Assembly (NCBI GenBank): GCA_019637855.1
Contig: JAHBUX010000008.1
Coordinates: 28,243 to 92,242, forward strand
From: Bdellovibrionales bacterium
GTDB lineage: Bacteria; Bdellovibrionota; Bdellovibrionia; Bdellovibrionales; UBA1609
Direction: 5' to 3'
Length of the DNA: 64,000 nt
Below the pieces are notes generated by a model that did no database searches, was not told where the DNA came from, and worked only from the letters and a program-made list of their open reading frames with translations. A program made the translations under genes and the position numbers. Below, piece by piece: positions 45,244-54,665 of this stretch (positions are counted from its first letter, which is position 1; the number at the start of each line of letters is the position of its first letter).

Positions 45244-45285
45244 GTAAAAATGGCGTAAAAACAGCGATTTTTACGCCATTTTTAC
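45244..45285. promoter_or_regulatory. perfect 18-bp inverted repeat containing tandem ATTTTTAC half-sites (KdpE-type operator candidate)
   Basis: GTAAAAATGGCGTAAAAA-cagcga-TTTTTACGCCATTTTTAC. On the plus strand ATTTTTAC occurs at 45267 and 45278, an 11-bp period. The repeat ends 67 nt upstream of the porin-kdp start. Confidence 0.45.
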
Positions 45286-45351
45286 ACGCCAGGCATGGCG
45301 GCGAAGAGTAGGGTGAACAAGTAACTTTGAATGCTCTTGCAGGAGGTCGCA

Positions 45352-46683
45352 ATGACCAATAGATTTCGCCTTATAACGATCAAGTTGTCTTTAGTTGGCT
45401 TTGCCGCTTTTCTTTCGCCATGTTCGAACGCGGATGAGAGCGCTGCGCCTTTTGCTTTCGGTGACTTTTCATGGATGCCCGGAAACTTTGGGCCTAGCGA
45501 AAGTAGACTAGTCACAAAATATTTTACGCCCGAAATCCGATTGGATTCCGCTTATCATTATTCGTTCGCTAATCCGAAGGACAACACAATCTCTGGTTCG
45601 AGCGAAGTATTTCGCCATCAAGAATTGCAGCTTACTCAAATTGGTGTCGGTGGAGATTTTAACGTGGACAACGTGGGATTTCGCTTGATGACCCAATTCG
45701 GAATGTATTCGCAATCCACGCCACGAAATGACCCAAGTAGTGAGCGCGGACAATGGCAAACCGCCGATGCCTACCGCTACATCTCGGAAGCTTACGGAAG
45801 CTACCATTTAGATTACGATCATGGGATCAATATTCAGGCGGGTATCTTCATGTCCTATGTGGGACTGTGGAGCTACTACAACTTCGACAATTGGACTTAT
45901 CAACCGTCTTACGTTTCTTCAAATACACCGTGGTTTTTCAATGGCGTCCGGGTCCAATACTTCCCGACCGACAAACTGAAAATCGAACCCTGGCTCATCA
46001 ACGGTTGGCAAGCCTACGGTATGTTCAACAACTCGCCCGGTCTGGGACTTCAAGTGGCTTGGCGTCCGGCCGAATGGTTCGGATTTACCTCAAACAATTA
46101 TTACGGCGCCGACACTTTGAATACTCCGGATCGAAAGCGCATGCACACCGACAATAGCGCAATGGTGAGATATTATATTCGAGATTCCGCTGGACTTAGC
46201 CGCGCCGCCGCCTCTTTGACCGTCGATGCAGGATGTGAGAGTGGAGGGGGAACGGATTGCGAACGATCCTACTTCTTAGGCTTCATGGCGTACAATCGAC
46301 TTTGGTTTAATCACAATCGCTATGGTCTCACTATCGGCGGCGGGATGATTAATAACCCTGGCCGTTATCTGGTGCTCGTCCCTCCGATCAACGGCGCCAC
46401 CGCCTATTCCGGTGCTCCGACATGGTTTACGGCAAATCCTGGCGACCCCTACCGCGCTTGGGACGTTCAGGTTTCGGGAGACTACAGCCCAACTCGTAAC
46501 CTCACCTTTCGCTTGGAATACAACCATAGGTGGGCAAGTATTCCTTATTTCACCGGACCCGAAGGCGTAACTCCGCCGGGAGGAAATGTGGGGACGCCTG
46601 GTTCTGATCCTGGAACTGGATGGGCGCCGGATCTCGTACAAACCGAAGACCGTATCACCGCTTCGATGCTCATTAGGTTGTAA
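45352..46683 (+). CDS. outer-membrane beta-barrel porin-like protein leading the kdp operon
   Basis: AGGAGG SD 5 nt before the ATG at 45352. Signal peptide and lipobox-like LSPCS. Alternating amphipathic strands rich in Y/G/N/F and an aromatic-containing C-terminus (ASMLIRL). Located 11 nt upstream of kdpF. Confidence 0.6.
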   Translation: MTNRFRLITIKLSLVGFAAFLSPCSNADESAAPFAFGDFSWMPGNFGPSESRLVTKYFTPEIRLDSAYHYSFANPKDNTISGSSEVFRHQELQLTQIGVGGDFNVDNVGFRLMTQFGMYSQSTPRNDPSSERGQWQTADAYRYISEAYGSYHLDYDHGINIQAGIFMSYVGLWSYYNFDNWTYQPSYVSSNTPWFFNGVRVQYFPTDKLKIEPWLINGWQAYGMFNNSPGLGLQVAWRPAEWFGFTSNNYYGADTLNTPDRKRMHTDNSAMVRYYIRDSAGLSRAAASLTVDAGCESGGGTDCERSYFLGFMAYNRLWFNHNRYGLTIGGGMINNPGRYLVLVPPINGATAYSGAPTWFTANPGDPYRAWDVQVSGDYSPTRNLTFRLEYNHRWASIPYFTGPEGVTPPGGNVGTPGSDPGTGWAPDLVQTEDRITASMLIRL

Positions 46684-46694
46684 CGGAGATACCT

Positions 46695-46778
46695 ATGGAT
46701 TTTGTCATCGCCGGAATCATAGCTTTCGCTCTCTTGGGGTATCTTACGTACTCGTTGTTCTATCCTGAGAGATTTTGA
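46695..46778 (+). CDS. kdpF: K+-transporting ATPase subunit F (27 aa; below the ORF-track cutoff)
   Basis: atg gat ttt gtc ... translates to MDFVIAGIIAFALLGYLTYSLFYPERF*. It is a single TM ending in the KdpF-typical P-E-R-F and lies directly upstream of kdpA. Confidence 0.8.
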   Translation: MDFVIAGIIAFALLGYLTYSLFYPERF

Positions 46779-46786
46779 GGTGGAAA

Positions 46787-48478
46787 ATGCAAACACCCGA
46801 CTTCGTACAACTTAGCCTTTTCATTCTTGCCCTGGTCATTTTCACACCCATTCTTGGCCGGTTTATGGCCAAGGTGTTTGACGGCCAGAGGACGCTTTTG
46901 CATCCCATTCTTGGGCCAGTCGAAAGCGCTATCTACCGCATTTCGGGAGTCGATCGGTCAGAGGACATGAGCTGGAAGCGGTACGCGGTAAGTCTGATGT
47001 GGTTCAATATTCTGGGCATTGCCGTCGTGTTCTTGTTTCTGCGTCTCCAGGGTTTTCTACCTCTTAATTCTTCAAGTCTTCCGGGCGTGGGTTGGCATTC
47101 TGCCTTGAACACCGCCGTCAGTTTCGTGACCAATACGAATTGGCAGGGATATGCGGGCGAAACCACGATGAGCTACTTGAGCCAGATGCTCGCATTAAGC
47201 GTTCAGAACTTCTTAAGTGCAGCGGTAGGAATGGCGGTAGCCATTGCTTTTGCCCGAGGAATCTCGCGCGCTTCCAGTGAGGGAATAGGAAATTTTTGGA
47301 CCGATGTTATCCGCGCGACCACATACATTCTTTTGCCGCTTTCACTTCTATTCGCCGTCGTTCTCATCGGAGAAGGGGTTATACAGTCTTTCTCGCCTTA
47401 CGTGCAGGTGACGACAATCGAAGGTGGTAGCCAAACGCTTCCTATGGGACCGGCGGCTTCACAAGTCGCGATCAAGCAACTTGGCACGAATGGCGGGGGA
47501 TTTTTTAACGCGAACAGCGCACATCCTTTTGAGAACCCAACCCCGCTTTCAAATTTCCTTGAAATTCTTGCGATCTTTCTGATCCCGGCAGCCCTGACAT
47601 TTACGTTTGGATCTATCGTTAGGTCACGAAAGCACGGTTGGATCATATTCGGTTCGATGCTTATGATGTTCCTCGCAGTACTAACAGTTTCTTTGGTCGC
47701 AGAGTTCTCCAGCAATCCAACGCTTGCGCAATCTACTGTGATGGAAGGAAAGGAAGTTCGTTTTGGAACTTTCGGAAGCACGCTATTTGCGATGGTAACC
47801 ACTGCCGCATCTTGTGGTGCCGTCAACGCTCTTCACTCCAGCCTTTCGCCGCTAACCGGCGCGATGACTCTGCTCAACATGATGGTGGGTGAGGTGATTT
47901 TTGGCGGAGTCGGCGCAGGCCTCTATGGGATGTTACTCTTCGTGATTATGACGGTGTTTCTGGCGGGCCTTATGGTGGGAAGAACGCCTGAGTATTTGGG
48001 TAAGAGAATTGAGGCGCGCGAGATGACTTTGGTAATCCTGGCCATATTGGCGCCATCCGCGATGATCTTAATAGGTACCGGAATTTCCGTTGTCTCGCCG
48101 GTCGCGCTCTCAAGTCTAGCGAACACCGGACCTCACGGTTTCTCGGAAGTTCTCTATGCTTTTACGTCTGCGAGCGCCAATAACGGAAGCGCGTTTGCGG
48201 GACTGAATGCAAATACGACCTATTACAATTTGATGCTTTCAATCGCGATGTTTGTCGGTCGGTTTGCGGTCATCATACCGGCTCTCGGAATCGCGGGAAG
48301 TCTTGCCCGGAAAAAGTATACGCCACCATCTCCCGGAACTTTTAAAGTGGATACCGTTCTCTTCGGGGTTCTTCTGATCGGGATCATTCTCATCGTTGGC
48401 GGACTCACATTCTTTCCGGCGTTGGTCCTGGGACCAGTTGTTGAACACTTGCTCATGCTACAAGGTCGTTCTTTCTAA
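46787..48478 (+). CDS. kdpA: K+-transporting ATPase subunit A
   Basis: [31 protein letters not shown]... is a typical KdpA N-terminus. The selectivity-filter-like motifs NTNWQ and GTNGGGF are present. About 563 aa. Confidence 0.92.
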   Translation: MQTPDFVQLSLFILALVIFTPILGRFMAKVFDGQRTLLHPILGPVESAIYRISGVDRSEDMSWKRYAVSLMWFNILGIAVVFLFLRLQGFLPLNSSSLPGVGWHSALNTAVSFVTNTNWQGYAGETTMSYLSQMLALSVQNFLSAAVGMAVAIAFARGISRASSEGIGNFWTDVIRATTYILLPLSLLFAVVLIGEGVIQSFSPYVQVTTIEGGSQTLPMGPAASQVAIKQLGTNGGGFFNANSAHPFENPTPLSNFLEILAIFLIPAALTFTFGSIVRSRKHGWIIFGSMLMMFLAVLTVSLVAEFSSNPTLAQSTVMEGKEVRFGTFGSTLFAMVTTAASCGAVNALHSSLSPLTGAMTLLNMMVGEVIFGGVGAGLYGMLLFVIMTVFLAGLMVGRTPEYLGKRIEAREMTLVILAILAPSAMILIGTGISVVSPVALSSLANTGPHGFSEVLYAFTSASANNGSAFAGLNANTTYYNLMLSIAMFVGRFAVIIPALGIAGSLARKKYTPPSPGTFKVDTVLFGVLLIGIILIVGGLTFFPALVLGPVVEHLLMLQGRSF

Positions 48479-48485
48479 GGTGATT

Positions 48486-50564
48486 ATGGAATCTAGTAAA
48501 TCAAGTTTAGTGGTGCCCGCGATCAAAGACGCCTTTGTGAAGTTGGACCCTAGAGTTCAAATTAGGAATCCTGTCATGTTCGTCACAATGATTGGCGCGG
48601 TCATCACATCTGTCTACGCCTTTCACGACTTGATAAACGGTCGGAGTGTCGCGTTTGATCTTCAGATTGCGCTTTGGCTTTGGTTTACGGTTCTCTTTGC
48701 CAATTTCGCTGAGGCGCTTGCCGAAGGCAGAGGTAAAGCTCAGGCCGATTATTTAAGACAGACTCGGACTTCCACAGTGGCGAGGAGATTCAAGAATGGC
48801 AGTGAAGAAAAGATTTCTGCTAGCTCACTTAGAGTTGGTGACATGGTGGTTTGCGAATCCGGCGATATGATTCCAGGCGATGGTGAAGTTGTTGAAGGCA
48901 TTGCCAGCGTCGATGAATCCGCTATTACTGGCGAATCTGCACCTGTGATTCGCGAAAGCGGAGGCGACCGTTCAGCGGTAACTGGAGGCACCAGGGTTAT
49001 TAGTGACCGCATCGTCGTAAGAATCACCGCTGAACAAGGGCGTAGCTTCTTAGACCGAATGATCGCCCTCGTTGAAGGCGCAAAACGACAAAAAACTCCA
49101 AATGAGATCGCCCTAAGTGTCGTGTTATCGGGGCTTACGATAATTTTTCTGCTTGCGGTCTCGACTCTCAAGTTATTTGCCGACTACAGCGGTTCCGCCG
49201 CCAATCAGGACCTATCCTCTATCGTGACAGTGCCGATCCTCGTTTCGCTTTTGGTCTGCTTGATACCAACGACTATTGGTGGTCTCTTGAGCGCGATCGG
49301 CATCAGCGGGATGGACCGGTTGATCCGTCGGAACGTGATTGCCACAAGTGGACGCGCAGTCGAAGCCGCAGGCGACATCGACGTTCTCCTGCTCGACAAA
49401 ACGGGTACCATTACACTCGGAAACAGAATGGCTTCGGATTTCTTGCCTTTACTGGGAATCGAGAGCCAACGGCTTGCTGAGGCGGCGCAATTGGCTTCGC
49501 TCGCAGACGAAACCGCCGAAGGAAGATCTATCGTTGTCTTAGCCAAAGAGAAGTTTAATCTTCGGGCTCAGAGCCTTTCTCCGCATGACGCCAACTTTAT
49601 TGCGTTCTCCGCGAACACTCGAATGAGCGGCGTGGATATTCATAAAGGAGCAGATGGGTTCTCCCGCATTATTCGCAAAGGCGCTGGCGAGGCCATCGCC
49701 GCCCATGTGCAATCGCTTGGAGGCATCTTTCCCGCATTTGCTAAAGAGCTGGTCGAGCAGGTGGCAAAGCAGGGAGGAACACCGCTCGTAGTATGCGAAG
49801 GAAATGCGGTTCTTGGAGTCATCAGGCTTAAAGATGTCGTTAAAGGTGGTATTAAGGAGCGATTCGCGGAGCTCAGAAAAATGGGCATCCGCACGGTGAT
49901 GATTACCGGCGACAACCCTTTAACGGCAGCAGCTATTGCGGCGGAGGCGGGTGTCGATGATTTCCTGGCCCAGGCTACCCCTGAAACGAAGCTCAAGCGC
50001 ATTCGTGATGAGCAAGCCGCCGGCCATCTTGTGGCGATGACCGGCGACGGTACGAACGACGCGCCCGCTCTCGCGCAAGCGGATGTTGGCGTCGCGATGA
50101 ACACGGGGACTCAAGCAGCTCGCGAGGCCGGAAATATGGTGGATTTGGACAGCAATCCGACAAAGCTCATCGATATAGTAGAAATCGGAAAACAGCTTCT
50201 GATGACGAGGGGATCTTTAACGACATTTAGTGTTGCGAACGATGTTGCAAAGTACTTCGCGATTCTTCCGGCGCTTTTCGGCGGCCTGTATGCAGTCAAT
50301 GGCGGTTTTGAAGGCCCGCTTGCAAGTTTGAACATTATGGGACTTTCTTCACCGCAGAGTGCGATCTTGAGCGCGGTGATTTTCAACGCGCTCATTATCG
50401 TGGCGCTGATCCCATTGTCACTTGCGGGTGTTCGTTATCGTGCCCTCGGAGCCTCCGAGGTGTTGAAAAGAAATTTATTTTTTTACGGACTCGGTGGCCT
50501 CATAGCGCCGTTTGTCGGCATTAAGATCATTGATGTAGCAGTTGTTTTGGTCGGACTTGCGTAG
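48486..50564 (+). CDS. kdpB: K+-transporting P-type ATPase subunit B
   Basis: Phosphorylation motif DKTGTIT, TGES, and [19 protein letters not shown] chose the internal ATG at 48486 because the ORF extension overlaps the kdpA end. Confidence 0.95.
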   Translation: MESSKSSLVVPAIKDAFVKLDPRVQIRNPVMFVTMIGAVITSVYAFHDLINGRSVAFDLQIALWLWFTVLFANFAEALAEGRGKAQADYLRQTRTSTVARRFKNGSEEKISASSLRVGDMVVCESGDMIPGDGEVVEGIASVDESAITGESAPVIRESGGDRSAVTGGTRVISDRIVVRITAEQGRSFLDRMIALVEGAKRQKTPNEIALSVVLSGLTIIFLLAVSTLKLFADYSGSAANQDLSSIVTVPILVSLLVCLIPTTIGGLLSAIGISGMDRLIRRNVIATSGRAVEAAGDIDVLLLDKTGTITLGNRMASDFLPLLGIESQRLAEAAQLASLADETAEGRSIVVLAKEKFNLRAQSLSPHDANFIAFSANTRMSGVDIHKGADGFSRIIRKGAGEAIAAHVQSLGGIFPAFAKELVEQVAKQGGTPLVVCEGNAVLGVIRLKDVVKGGIKERFAELRKMGIRTVMITGDNPLTAAAIAAEAGVDDFLAQATPETKLKRIRDEQAAGHLVAMTGDGTNDAPALAQADVGVAMNTGTQAAREAGNMVDLDSNPTKLIDIVEIGKQLLMTRGSLTTFSVANDVAKYFAILPALFGGLYAVNGGFEGPLASLNIMGLSSPQSAILSAVIFNALIIVALIPLSLAGVRYRALGASEVLKRNLFFYGLGGLIAPFVGIKIIDVAVVLVGLA

Positions 50565-50573
50565 GGAGGTTTT

Positions 50574-51128
50574 ATGAAGTCGATTTTTATCAGTTTGCGG
50601 CTATTGTTGGTTATGACAGTTCTCACTGGCATTGTATATCCGATCGCGGTTACGTTGATTGGGCAGGCGATATTTCCAAGGGAATCGAGTGGAAGCCTCA
50701 TCGAACAAAACGGCAAGGTCATTGGATCGTCGCTCATTGGTCAAAAATTTGCTCAAGATAAATACTTTTGGAGTCGTCCGTCGGCCAATGACTACAACCC
50801 ACTGCCTTCGGGGGGATCGAATTTGGCTCCAACCTCTAAAAAATTGTCTGATTCGGTTAGGGAATTGAGCGCCAAGTATACCGGCGGCGTAACGGTGCCG
50901 CCGGATATGCTCTTCTCGTCAGCCAGTGGTTTGGACCCCCACATTAGCCCCGAATCAGCGATTTTTCAGATCGACCGGATCCTAAAGGCTCGCGGGTGGG
51001 ATGAAACCAGAAGAGATTCAATTGCAGCTCTTGTTCGTAAATATACGGCACCCCGCCAAATGGGTTTTTTGGGGGAAAAAAGGGTTAATGTATTAGCATT
51101 GAATATGGCCCTAGATGGGCTTGGATAG
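50574..51128 (+). CDS. kdpC: K+-transporting ATPase subunit C
   Basis: 184 aa with a single N-terminal TM. Motifs SGGSNLAPTS and ASGLDPHISP are typical of KdpC. GGGAGG SD. Confidence 0.9.
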   Translation: MKSIFISLRLLLVMTVLTGIVYPIAVTLIGQAIFPRESSGSLIEQNGKVIGSSLIGQKFAQDKYFWSRPSANDYNPLPSGGSNLAPTSKKLSDSVRELSAKYTGGVTVPPDMLFSSASGLDPHISPESAIFQIDRILKARGWDETRRDSIAALVRKYTAPRQMGFLGEKRVNVLALNMALDGLG

Positions 51129-51133
51129 TAAAA

Positions 51134-53818
51134 ATGGTGGACGATAATCGACCTAACCCGGACCAGATTCTTAAGGCTATCGAGGAGGAGCAAAAACGCT
51201 CTCACTTAGGCAGCCTCCGGGTTTTTTTAGGAATGTCCGCCGGGGTTGGAAAAACATACGCCATGCTCAGGGAGGCGCAAGCGCGATTGCGCGAAGGTGC
51301 TGACGTAATTGTCGGCATAGTCGAAACACACGGTCGATCTGAGACCGAAGCGATGCTCTCGAATCTTCCCATGCTTCCTCGAAAAAGAGTTTCGTATCGT
51401 GATGTTGCCATTGAAGAGCTTGATATCGATGAAATCTTACGGAAAAGACCGAAGCTAGTTCTCGTTGATGAACTTGCGCACACCAACACTCCGGGCTCAC
51501 GGCACAACAAACGCTACCAAGACGTCATCGAGCTGCTTGACGCCGGTATAGATGTTTACACCACCATCAATATCCAACACTTGGAGAGCAGAAAGGATCT
51601 TGTTGAAAAGATCACAGGCGTATCTATTCGTGAAACCGTACCCGACTCAATTCTGGAACGCGCGCAACAAATTCAGGTTGTTGATATTACACCCGCTGAA
51701 CTTTTACGTCGGTTGAAGGATGGCAAGGTTTATCTAGGCGATAAGGCAGAGCGCGCGGTTCAAAATTTTTTTAAACCAGACAGTTTGACGGCGCTACGGG
51801 AAATTGCCCTTCGCTTCACCGCCGAAAAAGTCGATCAAGAGCTCCAGAGCTTTTCCGACATCAAACAAAAAAACGGCCCATGGCAAACCAATGAGCGATT
51901 GATGGTCGCCGTGAGCCATAGTCCTTATTCCGAACGCCTCATACGAGCAACTCGAAGGCTTGCATTCAACCTCGAGGCTCCTTGGGTCGCCGTTCACGTC
52001 GATAACGGAGTAAAGCTATCGGATGAAGATCAAAACCAACTTTCAAAGAATCTCGCTCTCGCAAGGGAACTGAAGGCCGAAGTGATTACGACGGCCGAAA
52101 CGGACATCGTAGAAGCGCTCAGGCGTATCGCTAGGCAAAGAAATGTCACGCATATTGTGGTCGGACGACCGAGTAGGCGAATGTTTAAGGACTTTGTCGA
52201 AGGCGGCAACCTTTTGGATCGCCTTGTCGATGAGAGTTGGGAGATAGACATTCATGTCATAAGGCAGGATGACGTACCTGCTTATTCACCGAAGTTTAGA
52301 CTGAATATGGATTTTGAAAAGGACTTTGTTCCCTATTGGAATACCCTTTGCGGTCTATTCGCGGTTGCGATGATGAATGGCGTTCTCGAATCGGTTATCG
52401 GCTATCGTGCTGTCGGATTTGTCTTTCTCTTGTATGTTCTGTTTGTCGGAACTAAAACTTCTCTAGGTCCGGTGCTCATGGCTGGCGCTTTAAGTGCTAT
52501 TATCTGGAACTTCTTTTTTATTCCGCCGCGACTTACGTTTGCGATCTCCTCGGCTGAAGACATCATCATGTGTTTAACTTATTTTGTTGTCGCCCTGATA
52601 ACTGGCACGATGACGAATCGGTTGCGCCAACATGAGGGACTGATTAGGGAGCGAGAAGATCGGACTAATATCCTTTACGAAGCTTTGAAAGATATTACCG
52701 CAAGTCGGGAAAAGGCCGAGTTTATAGACAAAGTATGCCGTCGTTTGGAGGGCGCATTAGTCGGGACTTGCGGCGTTGTATTGCGAGACCGAAATCGAAA
52801 ACTCAGCGCGCAAACAAATCATCGATATGGCGTTTATTTGAATGAAAAGGAGTATGCGGTAGCGCAATGGGCTTTTGAAAACCGAAAGCCGGCTGGTTGG
52901 TCTACCGAAACTCTTTCGCAATCACCTTCCCTTTACATTCCTCTTGAAGGAAACTCCGAAGTCGTTGGTGTCTTTGTCTATACCCCTGAGAAACAGCGCA
53001 AATTGTCACTTGAGCAGGAAAATCTTCTTTACTCGGTTTGTGGCCAGCTTGGTGCCTCTATCGAGCGGCATTTCGCGGAGAAACGCCTGCGTGAGACGGA
53101 GAAGCTGCAAGACTCCGAAAAACTGCATCAGACACTTTTGAATTCAATTTCTCATGAAATGCGCACTCCGCTCACCGCGATTATGGGAGCGGCGGAGGCT
53201 TTGCTACAGCAGACGCCCCCTCAATCTGATGATAATAGAAAGATTCTCGCTGAGGAGCTCCTACAAGCGGGAGAGCGATTAAACCGAGTGATTGAGAATC
53301 TATTGGATATGACCAGGCTCGAATCGGGAGCCTTGGCCATCAAAACGGAGTGGCATGATCTTCATGATGTCGTTGGTGTCGTGCTAAACCGTTTGAAAAA
53401 GAATCTTGATGGCCATGTCGTCCAGGTGAACATTCCTGATGATCTACCGTTGTTAAATTTGGACTTTCGGCTCTTTGAACACACACTCACGAACATCATT
53501 TACAACGCGACCGTCTATACTCCGGTAGGTAGTGAGATCACGATTTCTGTTCTGACAGAAAGCGACAATGTTCAGATCATTGTCGAAGATAATGGATCGG
53601 GAATTCCAAAGGAATCCTTGCCCAAATTGTTTGAGAAGTTCTACCGGGTTCCGGGCTCGCCCACTGGGGGAACGGGGCTTGGGCTTTCAATCGCGAAAAG
53701 CATAGTCGAATTTCACAAAGGGACCATTCGGGCCGAGAATAGAGAAGATGGCGGCGTGAGGTTTACCATTGAACTTCCTAAGGGACAGGCCCCCGACGCT
53801 CCGAAGGAGTCTGTATGA
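51134..53818 (+). CDS. kdpD: sensor histidine kinase KdpD
   Basis: N-terminal KdpD P-loop domain (GMSAGVGKTYAML), a Usp-like region and four TM segments. H-box SHEMRTPL, DNGSGIP, GTGLGL. Confidence 0.92.
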   Translation: MVDDNRPNPDQILKAIEEEQKRSHLGSLRVFLGMSAGVGKTYAMLREAQARLREGADVIVGIVETHGRSETEAMLSNLPMLPRKRVSYRDVAIEELDIDEILRKRPKLVLVDELAHTNTPGSRHNKRYQDVIELLDAGIDVYTTINIQHLESRKDLVEKITGVSIRETVPDSILERAQQIQVVDITPAELLRRLKDGKVYLGDKAERAVQNFFKPDSLTALREIALRFTAEKVDQELQSFSDIKQKNGPWQTNERLMVAVSHSPYSERLIRATRRLAFNLEAPWVAVHVDNGVKLSDEDQNQLSKNLALARELKAEVITTAETDIVEALRRIARQRNVTHIVVGRPSRRMFKDFVEGGNLLDRLVDESWEIDIHVIRQDDVPAYSPKFRLNMDFEKDFVPYWNTLCGLFAVAMMNGVLESVIGYRAVGFVFLLYVLFVGTKTSLGPVLMAGALSAIIWNFFFIPPRLTFAISSAEDIIMCLTYFVVALITGTMTNRLRQHEGLIREREDRTNILYEALKDITASREKAEFIDKVCRRLEGALVGTCGVVLRDRNRKLSAQTNHRYGVYLNEKEYAVAQWAFENRKPAGWSTETLSQSPSLYIPLEGNSEVVGVFVYTPEKQRKLSLEQENLLYSVCGQLGASIERHFAEKRLRETEKLQDSEKLHQTLLNSISHEMRTPLTAIMGAAEALLQQTPPQSDDNRKILAEELLQAGERLNRVIENLLDMTRLESGALAIKTEWHDLHDVVGVVLNRLKKNLDGHVVQVNIPDDLPLLNLDFRLFEHTLTNIIYNATVYTPVGSEITISVLTESDNVQIIVEDNGSGIPKESLPKLFEKFYRVPGSPTGGTGLGLSIAKSIVEFHKGTIRAENREDGGVRFTIELPKGQAPDAPKESV

Positions 53819-54489
53819 GCAGAGTCCTAGTTATCGAAGATGAAGAATCCATCCGTCGTGTACTTCGTCTGAATCTTGAGGGCAGAAACTATCAAGTTTC
53901 AGAAGCTCCTAACGCCGCGGAGGGGTTGCGGCAGCTCGGTGAGTTTAAGCCCAGCATTGTTATTCTCGATCTCGGGCTTCCCGACAAAAATGGATTGGAG
54001 GTTCTTAAGGAAATTCGTGAATGGTCAACCGTACCCATTATTGTCCTAACTGTGAACGACAACGAGAAGACGAAGGTCGAACTGCTCGAGGCTGGAGCAG
54101 ACGACTATATAACCAAGCCATTTGGTCCCCTGGAACTTCTCGCAAGAATTCATGTGGCGTTACGACATCGAGGTGTCGAAGTCGATAGTACGCCGGTATT
54201 TGAGTCTGGAAATTTAAAAGTCGATATTCCATCGAGAACTGTATTGAAGGACGGCCAGCCTGTTCATCTGACCGCTACGGAAATGAACCTTTTAAAGGCA
54301 CTCATTCGGGGCGGTGGCCAGGTGGTTCATCAAGATCATGTCCTTAAGGAGGTCTGGGGGCCTGGCGCGCTCGACAATCCCCACTACTTGCGAATCTACA
54401 TTGGCCTCTTACGTAAAAAACTTGAGGCGAATCCGACCACCCCTCGGCATATTTTAACGGAGCCTGGAGTTGGATACCGACTGGTATAG
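53815..54489 (+). CDS. kdpE: OmpR-family response regulator KdpE
   Basis: REC domain (VILDLGLPDKNG) plus a winged-helix domain (HYLRIYIGLLRKKLE...EPGVGYRL). ATGA overlap with kdpD. Confidence 0.9.
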   Translation: MSRVLVIEDEESIRRVLRLNLEGRNYQVSEAPNAAEGLRQLGEFKPSIVILDLGLPDKNGLEVLKEIREWSTVPIIVLTVNDNEKTKVELLEAGADDYITKPFGPLELLARIHVALRHRGVEVDSTPVFESGNLKVDIPSRTVLKDGQPVHLTATEMNLLKALIRGGGQVVHQDHVLKEVWGPGALDNPHYLRIYIGLLRKKLEANPTTPRHILTEPGVGYRLV

Positions 54490-54560
54490 GGCTCATGTCA
54501 AAAATTGGAAGTTTGCGGACTGACCTACTAAGAGCTGCTTGGTACCCGTTGCGAAAATTC

Positions 54561-54637
54561 TGGCGATCCGGGCAGGACTCGAACCTGCGACCTGCTGCTT
54601 AGAAGGCAGCTGCTCTATCCAGCTGAGCTACCGGACC
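54561..54637 (-). tRNA. tRNA-Arg (anticodon UCU), CCA encoded
   Basis: The minus strand reads GGTCCGG-TA-GCTC-AGCTGGATA-GAGC-A-GCTGC-CTTCTAA-GCAGC-AGGTC-GCAGG-TTCGAGT-CCTGC-CCGGATC-G-CCA. All four stems pair (one G-U in the acceptor stem). 77 nt. Confidence 0.95.
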
Positions 54638-54665
54638 TTTTTGGATATCTGGAAGCTAGCACGGG

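Noticed and set aside
44840-54637. The kdp block as a classical integrative island carrying an integrase and an att duplication of the tRNA end
   Set aside because: There is no integrase or recombinase ORF, and I found no copy of the tRNA 3' segment at the far boundary. Only the composition shift and a weak split repeat support acquisition, so I report it as probable rather than established.
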